Positions 13,506 through 26,409 of a stretch of DNA of 64,000 nucleotides are shown here, one piece after another. The notes beneath the pieces were generated by a model. It saw nothing but the letters and a program-made list of their open reading frames with translations. It made no database searches and was not told where the DNA came from. The DNA comes from Octopus vulgaris (taxonomy: Eukaryota), in contig OX597820.1 in the NCBI GenBank assembly GCA_951406725.2, positions 30,070,001-30,134,000 of the forward strand, written 5' to 3'. The translations under genes and the position numbers were made by a program. Positions within the stretch are counted from its first letter, which is position 1, and each line of letters opens with the position of its first letter.

Positions 13506-14065
13506 TAATGTTCTTCTTCTCAGTAGCCATCAGTTGGGGTACAAACTTGGCAGAGACATGCCACAGGTCCAATTTAGACGTTAGGACTACCTGCACGGAC
13601 CCATACGACTGACCAGCAACATCAGCACTATTGTTGATTGTCCTTCGACGATCCTTATGCATAAGCTGATGAATTTTCTCCACATTTCTGGGGGTGACGC
13701 TTGTGGAAATTCTTCCAGATCGCTCATCACCTTCCAGATCGCCAATAGTCTTCCAGGGACGTTCCTCCGCTTTTGAAGCGCCGTAAGCTTGCCGAAGAAT
13801 GCCCAATGTCTCTGTAGCAGACTTCCCAAATTTAACGAAAAATTTCACCTTGACTCTTTGTTCTAACTTCCTGTCCATGACCAAATCACTGACTACAGAC
13901 CACACGTGATCACAAAAACACAAATTTCACAACTTTCGAAGTAAACACAGCAATGTCCCTGGGCACACTGCCTCATGACGATCACTTTTAGATCATGCAA
14001 CCGTGTGCTGCCGTCTGTTGGCACGCTACGTAACTAGTCCGGGAACTTTTTGATACCATTTTGTG
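13505..14065 (-). mobile_element. 5' half of a mariner transposon
   Basis: ORF 13384..13923 gives EQRVKVKFFVKFGKSATETLGILRQAYG..DERSGR.STS..VSAKFVPQL (HTH region plus WVPH-like linker). TIR-like ccgggaactttttgataccatt at about 14040-14060. Confidence 0.85.
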
Positions 14066-14112
14066 GTGTGTGTATATATATACCATTTTTGGGTGTATAT
14101 ATATATTTTTGG

Positions 14113-14174
<62 letters not shown>

Positions 14175-14248
14175 ATACTGGGAGGAAGAGAAATGGAACG
14201 AAACGACGAATCGAATCGAACCCGACGCGAACACACTGTCAGACAATA

Positions 14249-14465
14249 ATGTAATAAATAAAATATATGCATACATACAAACATACATGTACGTACCTAC
14301 ATCTACATGTATCTATACATGCATATATAAATATATATACGTGAGTACAGGACACCAGTTATGGTGTCCTGTACTCACGTATATATATTTATATATGCAT
14401 GTATATATACATGTAGATGTAGGTACGTACATATATGTTTGTATGTATGCATATATTTTATTTAT

Positions 14466-14470
<5 letters not shown>
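14249..14470. repeat. Long hairpin: 109-bp arms with a 4-nt loop
   Basis: 14249-14357 is the reverse complement of 14362-14470 with 2 mismatches; loop gtta. Confidence 0.93.
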
Positions 14471-14523
<53 letters not shown>

Positions 14524-14785
14524 ATCAGCAACAATTTAGATTCAAATGAATATTGTACTTAATTTAGATGCACCAGAAGTTTGTATGATGTTACCCATAA
14601 AAATTTGCGGGGTGATTATAATCAAAAATAAGCAACAAGAATGACTCCGGTGATTTGGTACAATTGTTTCGTACTACAACATTTTATTAAAAGCTGTAAG
14701 TATTACAGCAGATTTAAGATGCTGAGTACTCTTCAGCCAATTTATATAGGTTTTCCAATAATATAAAAGCTTTGTTTTCTCTCCT

Positions 14786-14887
<102 letters not shown>

Positions 14888-14989
14888 TGATAGAAATGGC
14901 AAGACAACAAAAGAATTAAAGAGATTTCGATATTATATCAATAGAGGAATTTATCTGTAACTATAATATGTGACAATTATTCGGTAGCC

Positions 14990-14992
<3 letters not shown>
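14888..14992 (-). mobile_element. Truncated copy of the hammerhead-bearing repeat at 55337-55560
   Basis: gatagaaatggcaagacaac..gacaattattcggtagccat matches 55337-55440 and stops just before the ribozyme core. Confidence 0.75.
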
Positions 14993-15023
<31 letters not shown>

Positions 15024-16524
15024 GGCGATGATGTCCTGGATACATCTAGCTGCATCTGGTGGCGAGGCTCCAGTTTTCGAGTTCTGGAGTTGTGGGGAGT
15101 ATGGAGTCACCCCTTAATTACCATTACTCCCAATTCTGTTCTAGCTTGGAATGGTAGTACCTGTCAGGGTCTCATCCTTGGGTTGAGTAGGTTTCCCACT
15201 GGTGGTTAGTCTCTCATTATTTTTGAAAAAGCCGTGGTGAAGGCAGCTCTTCTAGGAAAAAGACATTGTGACGTAAGTTTTGCAGGTAAAATAGTTACCA
15301 GCCATCTTGTAACGTTTGTCGCTCGAACCTACTTTGGCAACCGAGAGAGTGACTAAAGTGTTGTACATGCTCTTGTCACTTAAATCCAATGACGTATAGA
15401 TGTATCACTATCGAATGTTAGGCGGCTATCATATGACAAAATGAGGTAATCATCGTCTTATCTTCTCTCTTACACACACATACACACACATACACAGACA
15501 CTCACACACACACACACTGATATATATATATCATGTTTTATTTATCCCACCATATCTATGGCCTACTTGTATATCATATCCTGTCATATATTTCTTCTCC
15601 TTCATGACTCACATGTTTATATATCGTACTTTATATATCCTTCCATTTCCATTGCCCACAATATATATTGTATACTAACAAACGCACCCGTCCTTTGGAC
15701 GGTTAAAGTTACTTTGATGGTATTTTTTTTCACCAAATAATTGAGCTACCTAGGTTTATGAGTCGCACGGCAATCTACGGTTCCGATTAGCCTAGGAACG
15801 GAAAATCAAATTGAAAGCTGATTATTGTGGAGGCAGTTGCACTTTAATGATCATAGAACATATAAGTTTGCAAGCAATGCAAAGTAGAGCTACTGAAGTG
15901 TTTTGGAAGTAGATTACAGATACTGACTACAAAATATAGTTGTTTTACATGAAAGCGAAATCTCTTGTCAGAAACAGCCACATAAATGGTGTAATGAAAT
16001 TGAAGGAAGACGTCGAAACTTCCTCTCTGCGAGTTTCTTTTTTTTTTTTTTGTTTTTCAACAACAAAGGGAGCTATTTTTTCGGAGAGATAAGCTAATAA
16101 AAGCCCCTTTATTCTGTCTTCCCAAATAGCCTGCGCATAAACTAACAGCGAATGCTGCATAAAGTTAAATTGGCACGGAGCTTTCTGAAAGATACGTATA
16201 GCTTTCGCTAGTGGAAGCAAAACTGTTATTTAAAGGTTGATTCTTTGAGTCGAATCATATGTGATTGTTTTTAAAAAAGGCTAGAACGTATTTGAAACAA
16301 AGGACAACAGTCGAAATTTTATAATGGATAGGTAAATAAGCATCCATCCTTAAAGTGAAACAATGCATCGGTAGGTAAACAAAGGTGTCAACAAATAAAA
16401 GAGAAGGAAGGGAACATCACCTTTCAAGTAACTCAGAACAGGTAAAGGTAAGCTTACCAAAAGTTAATGCAGTTTACATATGGAGATTAAAATTGCTTGG
16501 TATTGGATATTCATTGCGTACAAT

Positions 16525-17098
16525 GTTCCTAGTCAATTTAATCACCGTGGCAGGCGGACAGTCGAAATTAACAAATAAACAAAATCCTTTCACTTTTATA
16601 AAAAAAAAAATTTAAGTATGGAAGACCTTACATGCAAAAACACTATGTCCGTTTAGGTCCATGTACGCGGGAGGTCTGGGCAAAATGCTTAGTACATGAC
16701 CATCCTTGGGACATAAGTAATGTGTGCGTAAAGTTTGGTGAAAATTTGGTTGAGAATTGTGGAAATGTATGCGTCTAGTGTTCCTAGTCGATTTAATTAC
16801 CGTCGCTGGTGGACAGTGGAAATAAATAGAAAAAAAAAACCCTTTCAATTTATAAAAAGATTAAAAGAGTATGGAAAACCCTACAGATTATAAAATAGCT
16901 GATTGATGCAAATGAATAGGATTATCTGTTATTGGTTTCCCATTGCTCTCGAGGTCCCAGAATCGATTTTTTTTATAAATTTAAGTAGCCTATGTTCTGG
17001 TCTGGGATATGAAACAGATGTGTATAAAATTTTAAAGAAATCGGATGGAAGATGTAAAAGTTATTGAGGTACGTTAAATTTTTGTACACTCACACACA

Positions 17099-17148
<50 letters not shown>

Positions 17149-17171
17149 ACTTCAGTTTTATAGATATTAGA
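16525..17171 (-). mobile_element. Non-autonomous Helitron-like element with a duplicated 3' module
   Basis: The minus-strand 5' end TCtaatatctataaaactgaagttttctgtgtgtg resembles the 5' end at 51580. Two similar hairpin+CTAG modules occur at about 16529 and 16784. Confidence 0.6.
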
Positions 17172-17623
17172 TTACACATAAAATCGTTTTGGAATCTCTC
17201 TCTCTCTCTCTTTCTCTCACACAAAGAAACACATACGCACACATACACACACATACATACACACACACACGCGCGCGCACACACACATACACAGAGTTCT
17301 ACCAACCAGCAACACCTCATGGATCTGATGAAGGCATTCTTATTACCGCATAGAAAGGAAGGCCATGCAACAAGAGTCTATGGCTTTGCTAAGAATCGGT
17401 CTTGAATGAACTGTGAAAAAAGAGGAAAGAAGGGAAGATCGATCGAGGAAAAGAGGGATGGAAACCATCAAAAGACGAACAGACAAATCATTAATAGAAA
17501 CCCGAACTCTGACACACAGCCACGACTGAGGGAGGTAGTTGGTGTGATTCATGCCATACGGCACCCATATGACCTCATGGGGATTGAAGATTAAAACAAT
17601 CAAGCAATCAATGCTTCACATTT

Positions 17624-17666
<43 letters not shown>

Positions 17667-17669
17667 TCT

Positions 17670-17880
17670 TTTAAATGTTTCAGTCATTTGACTGTGGCCA
17701 AGCTGGAGCACCGCCTTTAGTCGAGCAAATCGAGCGCAGGACTTATTCTTTGTAAGCCTAGTACTCATTCTATCGGTCTCTTTTGCGAACCGCTCAGTTA
17801 CGGGGATGTAAACACACCAGCATCGGTTTTCAAGTGATGTTGGGGGGACAAACACAGATACACAAACATATACACACACC

Positions 17881-17968
<88 letters not shown>

Positions 17969-18133
17969 TACGACGAGCTTCTTTCAGTTTCCGTCTACCA
18001 AATCCACTCACAAGGCTTTGATCGGCCCGAGGCTATTGTAAAAGGCACTTGCCCAAGGTGCCACGCAGTGGGACTGAACTCGGAACCATGTGGTTGGTAA
18101 GCAAGCTACTTACAACACAGCCACTCCTACGCC
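17670..18133 (-). mobile_element. SINE family B, complete, with expanded internal (TA)n
   Basis: Reverse complement of the family B head and tail. Confidence 0.88.
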
Positions 18134-18141
18134 TAAAAGAG

Positions 18142-18224
<83 letters not shown>

Positions 18225-18349
18225 TCACACGAGGTTCCGGTTATAAATATAGAAACAGAAATATAGAACTTGTCATGCAAACACGTTGCCTCAGCGTGTC
18301 TTCTTCCATTGGCAAGTGTTTTATGAATATCGATTTCAAGAGGTCACCT

Positions 18350-18760
18350 GTTTCAGAGGAGGATGTAAGTCGATTACGCCGACTCTTTTGTTCAACAGGT
18401 ACTTATTTTATCGACCCCGAAAGGATGAAAGGCAAAGTAGACCCGGCGGCATTTGAACTCAGAACATGAAGACGGACGAAATACCTATTTCTTTACAACC
18501 CACAAGGGGCTAAACATATAGTGGATTAAGTCGACTACATCGACCCCAGTGCGTAACTGGTACTTACTTTATCAACCCCGAAAGGATGAAAGGCAACGTC
18601 GACCTCGGCGGAATTTGAACTCAGAACGTAGCGATAAACGAAATACCTATTTCTTTATTACCCACAAGGGGCTAAACATAGAGGGGACAAACAAGGACAA
18701 ACGAAGTACCGCTAACCATTTTGATCGGCGTGCTAACGATTCTGCCAATTCGCCACCTTA
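18350..18760 (-). mobile_element. SINE family A, tandemly reiterated body
   Basis: Two successive atcgaccccgaaaggatgaaaggc..atttgaactcagaac blocks. Confidence 0.8.
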
Positions 18761-18989
18761 ATTGTTTTAATGAATATCGTCGCCTACACATCTTTCTCAC
18801 TGACAAACATTCGAATCAACAAGTGTATCTATGTGGTCGTAAAATATGCTAGAAGTTATAGCTAAAAGTTCAGTCAACTCAGACTCTACTATCTTAAAAA
18901 CGCAAGCTTGTTACATGATTTGTTGTAGTCCGAGATATTCAACGCCTGGATAAAAAGTTGGAGTGGTACGGCAGTAATTCTTTAATCGA

Positions 18990-20135
18990 GCGATCCATAC
19001 ACCCACCCATCCATCTACCCATCCATCCATCCAGCCAGCCACCCACCCACCTATCCATCCATCTACCCACCCATCCATACATCCATCCATCCATCCATCC
19101 ATCAATACGTACATGTGTATATACATACATCCGTCCGTCTACTCTTTTGTCCAATCAACCAAACATCCATCCATCCATCCATTCCAGACACCCATGAATG
19201 CATCGATCTATTCATCACTTAATCAATACATTTAGTCATTAAATCAGCCATCTAACTCTCGATCCATCCATCCAACCATCCACCCACTCACCCATCCATC
19301 CGTACATACATACATACATACATTCACACATACATACATGTATACATCCTTTCCTCTATCTAAACATCTATCGATCCATTGCAGCCATCCATGAATCCAT
19401 CGATCCATTCATCATTTAATCAATCCATTTAGTCATCAAATCAGTCGTCTAGCCCAGATTCCATCCATCTATCCAAACGTCTTTCAATCTATCCAACCAG
19501 CCGTTCATCCATCTATCCATACATACATACATACATACATACATACATACATACACATACATACATACATACATACATACATACATACATACATAAATTC
19601 AGCTGTTCATTCATCCGTCCATCTATCCATACGTCCACTCCATCTACCCGTCACACCATCACTCCATCCACCCGTCTGTCTATCCATCGAACCATCCATT
19701 CATCCATCCGTTCAGCCATTCGTCCAACCGAATAAACAACCATCTTCCCATCTATGAATCTATCGATCTATTCATCATTAATCAATCCATTTAGTCACCA
19801 AACCAGCCGTCTGACCCTCGATCCATCTATCAATCCATCATTCCTTCATCTGTCCATCTATCAATCAGATCGTCCATCGACCGATCGCTCCATCCATCAA
19901 CTCATTCATCTATCAATCCATCTATTCATTCGCCCATCGATTCATCCCCCACTCCATCCTATCATTTCGCCATCGATCTTCTTTTATATCCACCCATCCA
20001 TCTGCAAATCCTTCCATTAATCAAACCACCCACCCAGCTGTTCAGCCATCTGTTCACTCATCCATCCATCCACCCATTCATCCATCCACCCAACCATCCA
20101 GCTACCCATCCCTCAGTGCATTCATCCCTACCCAC
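18990..20135. repeat. Degenerate (CCAT)n/(CATA)n satellite with a recurring ~60-bp block
   Basis: The block catgaat.catcgatc.attcatca.ttaatcaat.catttagtca recurs at about 19192, 19389 and 19752. Confidence 0.85.
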
Positions 20136-20338
20136 TTCCGATCATTAATATATAAAAAAAAAAAAGTTTTCAAATTTAACATCACCCGTCTATGACATCA
20201 CTCAGTTATTATTCTTACTCATATGTAAAGGGTGTCTACAAACACTAGACTAACAGCTGACACTCCTCAATGGGAAGGGAAGAGCTGTCGATAAATATGA
20301 CTCTATTGTAACATTGATGATACAGAATCCCATTAAAC

Positions 20339-21776
20339 AAGGCCCCCAACTAGCCGGCCGTGGTTCATTTAGTGCCGGGCACACAGAAAGAATAAAGTTT
20401 TTAATTTTTAAGTTGTATTACGTACATTGGTTTAAAATTTTAGCATAAGGCCAGCAATGTGGGGGGAGGGAGAAGTCGATTTCATCGACTTCAGTATTCA
20501 ACTGGTATTTATTTTATCGACCCTGAAATCATAAAAGGCAAAGTCGACGCCGGTGGAATTTGAACTCAGAACGTAATGGTGGACGAAATGCCGCTAACCA
20601 TTTTGCCCCGGGTAGTTATCGAATCTACAAGCTCGCCACCTGAGTCGTACTATATGTATTACAATGTAATACTTATTTTCGGCTCTTGGCACAAGACTAA
20701 AATTTTGGAATAAGGGTATAGTCGATTACATCGACCCAAGTGCTCAACTGGTACTTATTTTATCGATTCTGAAAGGACAAAAGGCAAAGTCAAAAACAGG
20801 CGAAATTTGAACTCAGAACATAAAAATAGACGAAAATCCGCTAAGCATTTTGGCCGGCGTGCTAACGACTCTGCCGGGTCGTCGCCTTGTGTTTCAATGT
20901 AATAATATTCGAAATGAAAAGCGTAATATTGCTTTCAAATTTTGGGACAGGGCTAGTAATTCCGGGGGCAGGGTAAGTCGATTACTTCGATCCCAGTGTT
21001 CAACTGGTACTTATTTCATCGATCCCGAATGGATGAAGGACAGAATCGACCCCGGCGAAATTTCAGCTTAGAACGTAAAGACAGAAGAAATATCACTAAG
21101 CATTTTTGTCCGCCGTACTAACGATTCTGCTTACAATTGTATTAGATATGTTGCCTTACAATTGTATTAGATATGTAATAGTTAAATAAGACGGCGAGCT
21201 GGCAGAAACGTTAGCACGCCGGGCGAAATGCGTAGCCGTATTTCGTCCATCTTTACGTTCTGAGTTCGAATTCTGCTGAGGTCGACTTTGCCTTTAATCC
21301 TTTCGCGGTCGATAAATTAAGTACCTGCTGAGTTTTGGGGTTGGTATAATCGACTTAACCGCCCTCCCGCCACTAAATTTCAGACCTTGTGCCTATAGTA
21401 GAAAGCATTAGAAATGTAATAATTATATAAGGCGCTGTCAGAATTGTTAGCATGCCTGGTTACATGCTTAGAGACATATCATCCGTCTTTACGTTCTGAG
21501 TTCAAATTCCCCAGAGGTCGACTTTGTCTTTCATCCTTTCGGTTTCAATAAAAGAAGTACCTGTTGAATATTAGGGTGGATGTAATCGATTTATCCCTAC
21601 CCACCCCCCGAAATTACTGGCCTTGTGCCAAAATTTGAAACCTATATATGTAATAATTAAATTATATACTATGTTCTTTACTGTGATTTGTTATGTACGT
21701 GGTTCCTCCTCCGGTCCGAAGAAAAATTGTCTTTCATGAAACTAGTGCATTCTCCAAAAAAATGTTGGAACTGCTG
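20339..21776. mobile_element. MER1/Charlie-like hAT MITE split by five family A SINEs
   Basis: Left end caaggcccccaac..gccggccgtgg; right end ggtccg.agaaaaattgtctt.catgaaac..ccaaaaaa.gttgg..ctgctg, resembling the MER1 termini. SINEs lie at about 20430-20640(-), 20680-20888(-), 20930-21130(-), 21190-21410(+) and 21430-21640(+). Confidence 0.6.
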
Positions 21777-21999
21777 CGATACAAGATCCTCTGCTAAGGA
21801 AAAAAAAACGCTGGCAAACCTTCGTCATATTATATGCTAATTTCTTTGAGGCATACCGAAAATCATGTAATTACTGGTATACACATGATCTTTTTTTTCT
21901 TTTTAATAACCCTTTTAAACTGAAATTTGGATAAAAATATAGAAAACCTTGTTTCATGAATCGTATTTGTGTGCGTGTGTGTGTGTGTGTTCTTTTACT

Positions 22000-22350
22000 T
22001 GTTTCAATCATTGAATAACGACCATGCTGGGGCACCGCCTTGAAGGACAAGTCGACTCCCACTCAGTATTTATTATATATATATTTTTAAAATCTGGTCC
22101 TTATTCTATCGTTCGCTTTTGCCGAACCGCTAAGTTACGGGAATGTAAGCAAACCAACACCAGTTGTCGAACGACTGGGTACAAACATACACTCACACAC
22201 TTATATATGAATAAGACAGGTTTCCACACAGTTTCCGTCTACTAAATTCACTCACTACAGTAGAAGGACTACAGTAGAAGATGCTGCGCACTGTGACTGA
22301 ACCTGAAACCATACGGCTGTAAAGCGAGCATCTTAACGACATAGCTATGC
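22000..22350 (-). mobile_element. Older, diverged SINE family B copy
   Basis: ccatgctggggcaccgcc, tttgccgaaccgctaagttacgg, cagtttccgtctac. Confidence 0.75.
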
Positions 22351-22519
22351 CCATTTGCTAAAGATAAAATAGTATTTTTCGGTAACTACGATGACTCTAG
22401 ACATCCTTCGTGATACATCAAGATATAAATTGTTGCGCACCTTGATATTGAATGAGGACCCCTATGCACCAGAGCTACTCTTTCCCTGCAAATGTCCTGA
22501 GAAACATTGCCCTTAATAT

Positions 22520-22662
22520 CGAAATGCTTAGCGGTATTTCGTCTGTCTTTATGTTCTGAGTTCAAATTCCGCCGATGTGGACTTTGCTTTTCATCCTTTC
22601 GGGGTCGATAAATTAAGTACCAGTTTCGTACTGGAGTCGATCTAATCGACTGGCCCCTTCCC
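22520..22662 (+). mobile_element. 5'-truncated SINE family A
   Basis: gaaatgcttagcggtatttcgtc..catcctttcggggtcgataaattaagtaccag. Confidence 0.8.
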
Positions 22663-22720
22663 AAAAACGACGACGACGGCAGCAACAGCAACAATAACAA
22701 TAGCAGCAACAACAGTAGCA

Positions 22721-23196
22721 GTGGAGGCGCAATGGCCTAGTGGTTAGGGCAGCGGACTCGCGGTCGTAAGAACGCGGTTTCGATTCCCAGAGTGTTTATT
22801 GAGCAAAATCACCTAAGCCCCACGAGGCTCCAGCGAGTGGGGGTGGGTGGGTAAACCCCGCTGTACTCTTTCAACACAACTTTCTCTCACTCTTTCTTCC
22901 TACTTCTGCCACAAAGTAAGGAACCATGGTGTAACCCACCATGGTGTGGTAAACTTTCAGACCCTAGTCTAGATTGCGAATCATCTGTGCCCCAGGATGG
23001 TTCAGCTCTCCACCCGTTAAAAGCCACCGTTTACGGAATGAGGATAACAACGTAGCTTTCGCGCCCGTGCAACCGCCAGTCTATCGCGTGTGGTGGGTGG
23101 AACTTCAAGTTGCCACTCGCATTCTAGTAGCTTAGAGTAGGCTCGAATTAGAGATTATTCTTTGTGGCTAATGGCGTGAGTCCTGATTGGAAGAAG
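22721..23196 (+). mobile_element. tRNA(Arg)-like-headed SINE (family C) with a distinct ~290-bp tail
   Basis: gtggaggcgcaatggcctagtggttagggcagcggactcgcggtc head. The tail matches the reverse complement of 39432-39720. Confidence 0.85.
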
Positions 23197-23816
23197 AAAA
23201 CATTAGCAACAACAAATGGTAATGCACATTTTAAAGATGATAGGTTTCTGCTGCAACCCAGGGCTGTGCTTGCTTTGCCCGCTCCTCTTTACACCATCAC
23301 TATAACCACTACAACCGGCGCTACCACCGCTGTTGCCGCTACCGCCGTAGTTGCCTCCTCCGTCACCGCGACCGCGGAAGCCCGTACAAAATGGTTATAT
23401 GCACTCCTGCTCTTTGATTAAATTATATAAATTTTAAAAAGTATCTAATTAATATAAATTAATAAGGTAACACTGTAGTCATTAACAAGGTGTCTCGAAG
23501 TGGAGTCATATTTTCGATACACTGACAAAGAAAGAAAAACAGGAGGACAAAATGAAAATGGGTGGCGGGGGGGGGAGCAGAGAGGGAGAAAGTAGAGAGA
23601 AAGAAAAGAAAGAAAAAGAGAGAGAGAAGAGACAGACAGACAGAGAAAAAGAAAAAGAGGAGGGAAAGATGTGCTGGAGAACGAGAGGAAGAGACAAAGA
23701 GAAAGAGAGAGCAATGGCTCTTAAATGAAAGTGCATTTATCTGCAGTTATGCAGCTTTTACATGTGACAGTATGCATTATAAATTCGATTTCTGTCGAAG
23801 CCAATGACGTCAAATA

Positions 23817-23901
<85 letters not shown>

Positions 23902-24199
23902 ACACATACATGTATATATGCATAGTTAAGAATTGAAGTGTTTGGTCAATATGTAGATATATGTATGTAACTATCCGTGTCTCTCTATGTGTATCGACCA
24001 ATCACATTGTTCAGATGAGTGCATGGTGACTTTCACTGTTTCACTGTCTCATTGCACAACGCCTCACATGTACCATACAATGCATTTCCCCTTGTACTGT
24101 ACCGTACTTTGCCGTAGCATCAACACAAAAGGTGTTCTGGCGATGCGGTTTCAATTCTTGTATCGATCAATTCACTACACTCACTTTCCATTCTCCAGT

Positions 24200-24930
24200 T
24201 TATAGCACGCCGGGGAAAATGTTTAGCGATATTTCGTACGTCTTTTACGTTCAGGGTTCAAATTCCGCCGAAGTCGACGTTGCCTTGCATCATTTCGGGG
24301 TCTACAAAATAAGTGCCAGTTGAGTGCTGGGATCGATGTAAACAACTTCTCTCCTCCCACTTCTGCCAAAATTGGAAATGAATATTTTTCCTTTGGAAAT
24401 CGGCGAAAGAAGTCAGCGGAATCGGCGAAATAAAAAACTAAGTGTTCTGCAAAATAGCAATGAATATTAACATTTTATCAGACGCAGAATTACTCAATAC
24501 TTTTTCGTAGAGTATACTTTTATTAAACTTCTGAGAATGGGGAAATTTGACAATGACTTTGACGTTTCGGTTTGTTCGCCTTCGTCAGACAGACAGTGGA
24601 AGGCGAACAAACCGAAACTTTGAAGTCACTGTCAACCTTTTCTTTGTGAAAGTTAAGTAAACACGCACGCACACACACACATGTATGTATGTGTGTGCAA
24701 TATGTATACGTATATAACGAACAGTGAGTTGGCGGAATCGTTACAGCGCTGGGAAAAATGATTTGCGGCATTTGGTCCGTCTTACGTTCTGAGTTCAAAT
24801 TCCGTTGAGGTTGACTTTACCTTTCATCGTTTCAACGTCGATAAAACAAGTACCAGCTACGCACTGGGGTCGATGTAATCGATTTAACGCCCCCCTCGAA
24901 ATTGCTGGCCTTGTGCCAAAATTTGAAAGA
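24200..24930 (+). mobile_element. Two diverged family A SINEs (about 24200-24370 and 24720-24930)
   Basis: ttacgttc.g.gttcaaattccg..gtcgac/gttgac..catc.tttc core in both. Confidence 0.75.
24547..24635 (-). ncRNA. Inverted pair of hammerhead-like modules (37-bp arms)
   Basis: Minus strand 24557-24592 reads CTGT-CTGACGA-AGG..CC-GAAAC-GTC-AAAG. The arms 24547-24583 and 24599-24635 include a perfect 20-bp IR. Confidence 0.5.
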
Positions 24931-25152
24931 AAGAAAGAAATATTAAGGGAGGACTAAGAGGAAAAGGGAAAGAGAGACGTGAAGGGAGGGAAAAAAGAAA
25001 CAGTAAAAGAGAGTGAGAGGGAGAATTTCAGAGAAGACAACAACAAATATCATCCTAAATACCCAAAATTCTTGTAGTTTACTGAGATTGTATTAGATTA
25101 TATACATTATTTACAATGGACGGATATGTGTCCTCATCTTGTTTGTTGTTAC

Positions 25153-25195
25153 CACAACGTTTCGGCTGATTTATTCTGCAGCCTTCATCAGGTGT
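25153..25195 (-). ncRNA. Minimal type I hammerhead ribozyme motif (PLE-type)
   Basis: ACAC-CTGATGA-A-GGCTG-cagaataaat-CAGCC-GAAAC-GTT-GTG: core intact, 5-bp stem II, palindromic ACGT stem III, 3-bp stem I. Confidence 0.65.
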
Positions 25196-25667
25196 CAGGT
25201 GGAATTTTGAACCCAACCCTGGGTTCTCATTCCTAAAGTATTTTTTTGCTGATATTATTATAAGTGACTTATATCACTTATATCTATAAATGAGAGGATT
25301 TCTCAAAACGAATACCGCAGTAATACGGTGTTCTAACATTACGTCCACTTTAATTAGGATATTAAAATTGCCTTTCAGCAATTATAATTTTACTTCTATT
25401 TAAATTTCTTGGTGCTTATGCAAAATGATAAATTGGAAAGATATATGAGTTAATATTATGGAAGGGTAACTGTGCCAGAAACGAACAATGGTTTTAGACG
25501 AAGTGCTTTTGTTCTGTTCTTGTTCAGTTTTCCTTCCACACTCGTATTTTATTATGAAAGCGGCGACATTCAATGGCTGTCGAATATTGTAAAACCTTTG
25601 TGTCAATAGTGCAACTGAACATTTACAGACAAGATGTTTTCTTTAATATATATACGTACATATATAT

Positions 25668-25780
<113 letters not shown>

Positions 25781-26409
25781 CATGATGTACGTATGTTGTC
25801 AATATTCATTTTTGTAAATTCTGTACAATGAACTTTTGATCTTATGATTTGGCATTTTATCTTGCGACACTTGGCACCCTGTGACTTACGTTCAGTTGTG
25901 CATTGACTGTCTAAGATAAGGAATTTTATTCATTTATTTATGTCGTGAATTGCAGTAATAATATATTTGTTTACAGGCATGATTTTGTGATCTCGGTCTG
26001 GAAATATAACACTGCCAGTGAGATGTATCACAATAGTAAGAACATGGTGAGATAATTTAACTTTCATAAGAGTATAGTTTATCCAAAAGATCGACAAATA
26101 CGGGATTAGCCAATACCATCTATTACAGTACTTGACTGGTGCTTTATTTTATCGATCCCAAAATGTTTAAAAGCAAAGTTGTCCTCGGTGGAAATTGAGC
26201 TCAGAACGTAAAGAGCTGGATCTGATCCCGCAAAGCATTTTTTAGATGCCTTAAAGATTCCATCATTTCACTGTCTTTCCCCCACTCCAATTTTTTGAGT
26301 AACTATCTGAGACATATAATTAAGTAAAAAATATACAAAAAACTAGACTTGAAATGTTTTAATTTAGAATATATTATATAGTTTGAACACTTAGAAATAT
26401 AAATATAAA

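Noticed and set aside
15730-16450. Unique-looking stretch as a candidate host exon
   Set aside because: No sustained ORF, recognisable domain or clear splice pair; probably an old TE relic.
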